Assembly: GCA_020852865.1 (NCBI GenBank)
Contig: JADYZZ010000054.1
Location: forward strand, 35,496-99,495
Direction of reading: 5' to 3'
From: Rubrivivax sp.
GTDB lineage: Bacteria; Pseudomonadota; Gammaproteobacteria; Burkholderiales; Burkholderiaceae_C
DNA length: 64,000 bases
Shown: positions 60,035 through 64,000 of the stretch, one piece after another
How the letters are laid out: each line of letters opens with the position of its first letter
Position numbering within the stretch: position 1 is the first letter of the stretch
Program-made: the position numbers and the translations under genes
Notes under the pieces: model-generated
What the model saw: the letters and a program-made list of their open reading frames with translations, nothing else
Databases searched by the model: none
Told to the model about the DNA's origin: nothing

Positions 60035-61282
60035 TCAGGGGCAGGCGGCCTGGCCGTGCGCCTTGCAGGCCGGCCGCCGCTCGTGCAGCGCGCGCAGTTC
60101 GGCCACCAGCTCGGCGACGCGCCGCTCCCAGCCGTTGGCCTCGGCATGGCGGCGGATCGCCGCCGCGTCCCAGCGCCGCGCAAGCGCGTCGCCGATCGCC
60201 TGCTGCAGGGCAGCCGCGTCGCCGAAGGGCACGACGCTGCCGAGTTCGGGCCGGCACACGACCTCGGCGTTGCCGCCGACGGCCGTCGTCACCACCGGCA
60301 GCCCGCAGGCCATGGCTTCGAGGAAGACGTTGGCCCAGCCCTCGTTGCGCGTGGCGAGCACGAAGACATCGGCCGCACTGAGCGGGCCGCCGAGTTGGTC
60401 GGGCGCGAGCGGCCCGAGGAAGCGCACCGTGTCTTCGAGCCCGGCCGCCTGCACCTGGCGGTGCAGCGCTTCGCTCATGTCGCCCTCCGGCCCCGGGCCT
60501 CCGACCACAAGGTAGACGAGGCCCGGGTGGCGCTGCCGCAGCGCCGGCAGCAGCTCGATCACGCGGTGGAAACCCTTGCGCTCGACGAGGCCGCCCACGC
60601 TCACCAGCACCGGCGCGTCGAGCCCGAGGCCGAGCGCATGCCGCGCCTGCGCCCGCGGCAGCGCCCGGAAGCGGTGCAGATCGACGCCGTTGCCGACGAC
60701 GCGCACCTTGTCGGCCGCGATGCCCAGGCCGAGCGCCACCTGGCGCAGCGACTCCGACACCGCGAAGACGCGCGTCGCGCGCACGAGCGCCGTGCGCAGC
60801 CGGCGGCGCAGCACCGCATCGCGGGCCTGCCGCGGCTCGGTGCCGCGCAGCGTGATCGCCACCGGCACGCCGAGCCAGCGCCCGAGCAGCGTGGCCGCGT
60901 GGCCGTCGGGGTAGCCGAAATGCGCGTCGATGAGGTCCAGGCGCCCGGCGCGCCTTAGCCGCCACAGCGCAGGCAGCGCGCCCAGCGCCATCAGCCAGCC
61001 GTCGAAGCGCTTGAGCACACCAGGCACGGACAGGAAGCGCGGATACCAGACATCGAAGCCGCGCTGCGTCTCGTGGCGCGGCGCGCCCGGTCGGAACCCG
61101 GGCCGCACGCGGCGCAGCAGGCCCTGCAGCGGGAACCAGGGCGTCGGCGCCACCACCGCCAGCGGCAGCTGCGCGCCGACGCGGAACATGCGCTCGCGCA
61201 CGAACAGCCCCGCCATCGGCTGGCGTTCGCTCGGGAACAGGCTGCTCAGCACGACGACATGCGGGTCGGCCATGGCCTTCAC
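60035..61282 (-). CDS. GT4 glycosyltransferase (TuaC-like)
   Basis: LSSLFPS, IDAHFGYPDG, TRNEGWANVFLEAMACG; GTGA coupling. Confidence 0.92.
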   Translation of the reverse strand: MKAMADPHVVVLSSLFPSERQPMAGLFVRERMFRVGAQLPLAVVAPTPWFPLQGLLRRVRPGFRPGAPRHETQRGFDVWYPRFLSVPGVLKRFDGWLMALGALPALWRLRRAGRLDLIDAHFGYPDGHAATLLGRWLGVPVAITLRGTEPRQARDAVLRRRLRTALVRATRVFAVSESLRQVALGLGIAADKVRVVGNGVDLHRFRALPRAQARHALGLGLDAPVLVSVGGLVERKGFHRVIELLPALRQRHPGLVYLVVGGPGPEGDMSEALHRQVQAAGLEDTVRFLGPLAPDQLGGPLSAADVFVLATRNEGWANVFLEAMACGLPVVTTAVGGNAEVVCRPELGSVVPFGDAAALQQAIGDALARRWDAAAIRRHAEANGWERRVAELVAELRALHERRPACKAHGQAACP

Positions 61283-62490
61283 GCCGTAACCTGCTGCACG
61301 AGCCGCTCGTACACCGGCCGGTAGCGCGCCACCGAGCGCGTCCAGTTGCGCTCCTGCTCGACGAAGCGGCGGCCGGCGGCGCGCAGGTGCGGCCATTGCG
61401 CGCGGCGCCCGAGCAGCTCGTCGACGGCCGCGGCCAGCGCGGCGGTACTGCCGGCCTCGAACAGCCATCCGGTCTCGCCGTGGCGGATGAGCTCCCTGTG
61501 CCCGCCGACGTCGCTGGCCACGAGAAGGCGGCCCTGCGCCATCGCCTCCAGCGGCTTGAGCGGGGTCACCAGTTCGGTCAGGCGCATGCTGCGGCGCGGA
61601 TAGGCGAGCACGTCGACGAGGTCGTAGTAGCGCTGCACCTCGGCGTGCGGCACGCGGCCGGTGAAGACCACCTTGTCGGCCAGGCCGAGCGCGGCCGCCT
61701 GCGCCTTCAGCGCGTCTTCCTGCGGGCCGCCGCCGACGAGCAGCAGGCGCACCTCGGGGCGCCGCGCGAGCAGCAGCGGCAAGGCCTCGAGCAGCAGATC
61801 GAGGCCCTCGTAGGCGTAGAAGCTGCCGATGAAGCCGACCACGGTGGCGCCGGCCAGTCCGAGCGCGGCTTTCAGCGCTTCGTCGGCGCTGCCGCCGGGC
61901 TCGAAGGACTCGATGTCGACCGCGTTCGGGATCACCGTCACCTTGTCGGCGGCGATGCCGCGGCCGACGATGTCGCCGCGCAGTCCCTCGCAGATCGTGA
62001 ACACGTGGCTGGCCTGGCCGAGCGCGTGCGTCTCGAGCCGCCGCGTGAGGCGGTAGCGGAGGCTGCCCTGGGCGGTGGTGCCGTGGTCGACGGCGGCGTC
62101 CTCCCAGAACGCGCGCACTTCGTAGACGACCGGGATGCCCAGGCGCCGGCCGACGCGCAGCGCCGGCACGGCGTCGAGCACCGGCGAGTGCGCGTGCAGC
62201 AGCTGCGGGCGCACCGCCTCGGCCACTTCGTGCAGCCGGCGCTCGAGCTGGCGCATCAGCAGCACCTCGTCGAGCCCCGGCAGGCGCGCGGCGGCGTCGG
62301 CGGGAAGCGTGCGATGGAAATGCCAGCCGTCGACGCTCTCCTCGAGCGCGCGCGTCGCGCTGTGCTTGGGGCTCGTGAGCTGGAACGTCTGCCAGCCCAG
62401 CCGCCGCTGCTCGCGCAGGATGGCGAGCGTGCGGAAGGTGTACCCGCTGTGCAGCGGGATCGAGTGGTCGAGGATGTGCAGGATGCGCAT
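61279..62490 (-). CDS. PEP-CTERM/XrtA-system GT4 glycosyltransferase
   Basis: MRILHILDHSIPLHSGYTFRT, YEVRAFWEDA, VTPLKPLEAMA. Confidence 0.93.
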   Translation of the reverse strand: MRILHILDHSIPLHSGYTFRTLAILREQRRLGWQTFQLTSPKHSATRALEESVDGWHFHRTLPADAAARLPGLDEVLLMRQLERRLHEVAEAVRPQLLHAHSPVLDAVPALRVGRRLGIPVVYEVRAFWEDAAVDHGTTAQGSLRYRLTRRLETHALGQASHVFTICEGLRGDIVGRGIAADKVTVIPNAVDIESFEPGGSADEALKAALGLAGATVVGFIGSFYAYEGLDLLLEALPLLLARRPEVRLLLVGGGPQEDALKAQAAALGLADKVVFTGRVPHAEVQRYYDLVDVLAYPRRSMRLTELVTPLKPLEAMAQGRLLVASDVGGHRELIRHGETGWLFEAGSTAALAAAVDELLGRRAQWPHLRAAGRRFVEQERNWTRSVARYRPVYERLVQQVTA

Positions 62491-62507
62491 GGCTCGCGGC
62501 TGCGGCA

Positions 62508-62900
62508 TCAAATCACTACGCGTCCAGCGAGTTCGTCGTACGCGGCGAACGCCGCATCCGCCGAAGCGAGTCGCGCATCAAGCGCCAGCGCCGTGGCAAT
62601 GATGATGCGATCGAACGGATCGCGGTGGTGCTCGGGCAATTCGACGGCGCGCACCGCAATCGCTTCATCCAACGGCAGCAGTTCGATGCCCGAGGGGTGA
62701 AGGGCCTGTTGGACCCAGGTCCGCGCATCGACGGGGAGCTCGAGCCGCCGCCGCCGGGCGGCCAATGCGATCTCGAAGCACGACACCGGTGAGACGCCGA
62801 CGGCAGGTTCCGCAGCCAGCGCTTCCAGCAGCACGCGCGACAAGCGTCCGCGCTCGCCGCTCACCCACCAGAACCAGATGTGGGAGTCGAGGACGATCAC
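62508..62900 (-). CDS. vapC: VapC-type PIN toxin
   Basis: VLDSHIWFWW, SCFEI, HRDPFDRIIIATA, SAD: all PIN acidic residues present; GTGA overlap. Confidence 0.9.
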   Translation of the reverse strand: MIVLDSHIWFWWVSGERGRLSRVLLEALAAEPAVGVSPVSCFEIALAARRRRLELPVDARTWVQQALHPSGIELLPLDEAIAVRAVELPEHHRDPFDRIIIATALALDARLASADAAFAAYDELAGRVVI

Positions 62901-63133
62901 GAGACTGCCGTCCAGTCTGCGGGATCGACGATGGGGCCGACGATGTCGCCGAGCGTGCGTCCCTTGCCCGCAATCAGCAGGCTGGGCCGACGAAGCGGCC
63001 GCGCGGCTTGCGCCTCGGCATCGTCGTCGACGACGAGTGCGATCACTTCGACGCGCCGATTGACGAACGACGCCGGCAGTTCGAGCACCACCCGGGTGTC
63101 GCTGACGTCGATGATGCGGCGTTGGACTTCCAT
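62897..63133 (-). CDS. Putative VapB-type antitoxin
   Basis: 78 aa upstream of and coupled to PIN; AAGGAG RBS; C-terminal GDIVGPI. Confidence 0.75.
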   Translation of the reverse strand: MEVQRRIIDVSDTRVVLELPASFVNRRVEVIALVVDDDAEAQAARPLRRPSLLIAGKGRTLGDIVGPIVDPADWTAVS

Positions 63134-63159
63134 GACCAGCTCCTTGCGGGGCGCGCGGC

Positions 63160-64000
63160 TCACGCGCACACCGGCGCATCATGGCGTAGCGCGACTTCCG
63201 ACGCCAGAGCATGATCGGGCACCACGTTGCGCAGGAACGCCTCGAACATGAGCAGCGTCCACAGCGGCGCGCTGTAGTCGCTCGCGCCCGACTGGTGCGC
63301 CTGCACCAGATGCTCCAGGTAACGCCGGTTGAACCAGCCGGTGTCGGCCAGGCGCTCGCCGAGCACGGCGTCGCGCACGCGCTGCGCGAGCGGCCCGCGG
63401 AACCAGCGCGCCAGCGGCACCGAGAAGCCCATCTTCGGGCGGTACAGCACGTCGGCAGGCAGCATCGGCTCCATCGCCTTCTTGAGCAGGTATTTGCCTT
63501 CCTGGCCGCGCACCTTCATCGAAGCGGGCAGCGTGGCCAGCCACTCGACGAGCTTGTGGTCCATCAGCGGCTCGCGCACCTCGAGGCTGTGCGCCATGCT
63601 GGCGCGGTCGACCTTGGTGTTGATGTCGCCGACGAGGTAGGTCTTGAGATCGAGGTACTGCACGAGCGAGAGCGCGTCGTCGGTGCCCGCGCGCGCGGCG
63701 TGGCGCTCGAACACCTGGCGCGCGGCGTAGCCGCCGAGCTCGCGTCTGAGCGCCTCGCTGAAGAGCTGGCGGCGCATCGGCGCGCGCAGGATCGACACCG
63801 AGTGGAAGTAGGCCTCGATCGCGTTGCGCGCCATGCCCTCGAAGGTGGTCTTGGCGCGCAGCATGCGCGGCGCCCAGTCGGCCTTCGGGTAGACGCGCCC
63901 GAGCAGGCCGAACAGCGGCCGGCGCAGCGCCAGCGGCAGTGCCGCGCGCATGCGCTCTTCCATCAGGTGCAGGCGGTAGCGGCGGTAGCCGCCGAAGTTC
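63160..64000 (-). CDS. asnB: XrtA/PEP-CTERM-system asparagine synthase-like amidotransferase (3' part)
   Basis: NFGGYRRY, LKTYLVGDINTKVDRASMAHSLEVREPLMDH, KMGFSVPL; 5' end beyond the window. Confidence 0.9.
   Translation of the reverse strand, partial: NFGGYRRYRLHLMEERMRAALPLALRRPLFGLLGRVYPKADWAPRMLRAKTTFEGMARNAIEAYFHSVSILRAPMRRQLFSEALRRELGGYAARQVFERHAARAGTDDALSLVQYLDLKTYLVGDINTKVDRASMAHSLEVREPLMDHKLVEWLATLPASMKVRGQEGKYLLKKAMEPMLPADVLYRPKMGFSVPLARWFRGPLAQRVRDAVLGERLADTGWFNRRYLEHLVQAHQSGASDYSAPLWTLLMFEAFLRNVVPDHALASEVALRHDAPVCA

Overview
Very GC-rich betaproteobacterial chromosome (Burkholderiales, Rubrivivax/Ideonella/Aquincola-like by gene content; inference). Bases 1-21.9 kb are housekeeping: DUF3426, a PfkB kinase, fba, a wHTH-HATPase-DUF4325 gene, pyk, maeB, pgk, azlD with a frameshifted azlC, fmt/def, LysM-dprA-smg, DUF1631 and secF-secD-yajC. 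Bases 21.9-64 kb are a large PEP-CTERM/exosortase-A-associated exopolysaccharide (EPS) locus. It holds a VanZ-repeat/ligase-like membrane protein, a PEP-CTERM protein with a sigma-54 promoter and a TGT-N11-ACA enhancer, a beta-helix protein, three AsnB-like amidotransferases, Wzx, many GT2/GT4 enzymes, methyl-/acyl-/acetyltransferases, a deacetylase, a CoA ligase and an O-glycosylation ligase. The two EPS arms converge on a 3.5 kb cassette (AbiEii toxin, XRE-HTH, divergent AbiEi-like-Fic fusion) bracketed by 109-bp direct repeats that are remnants of another Fic gene. Five toxin-antitoxin modules sit at gene junctions inside the EPS locus. Three have visibly damaged toxins (PIN, HepT, MazF) and two look intact (AbiE-type, VapBC). 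No rRNA, tRNA, CRISPR array, integrase or transposase was recognised. All family assignments are by motif recognition, not database searches.
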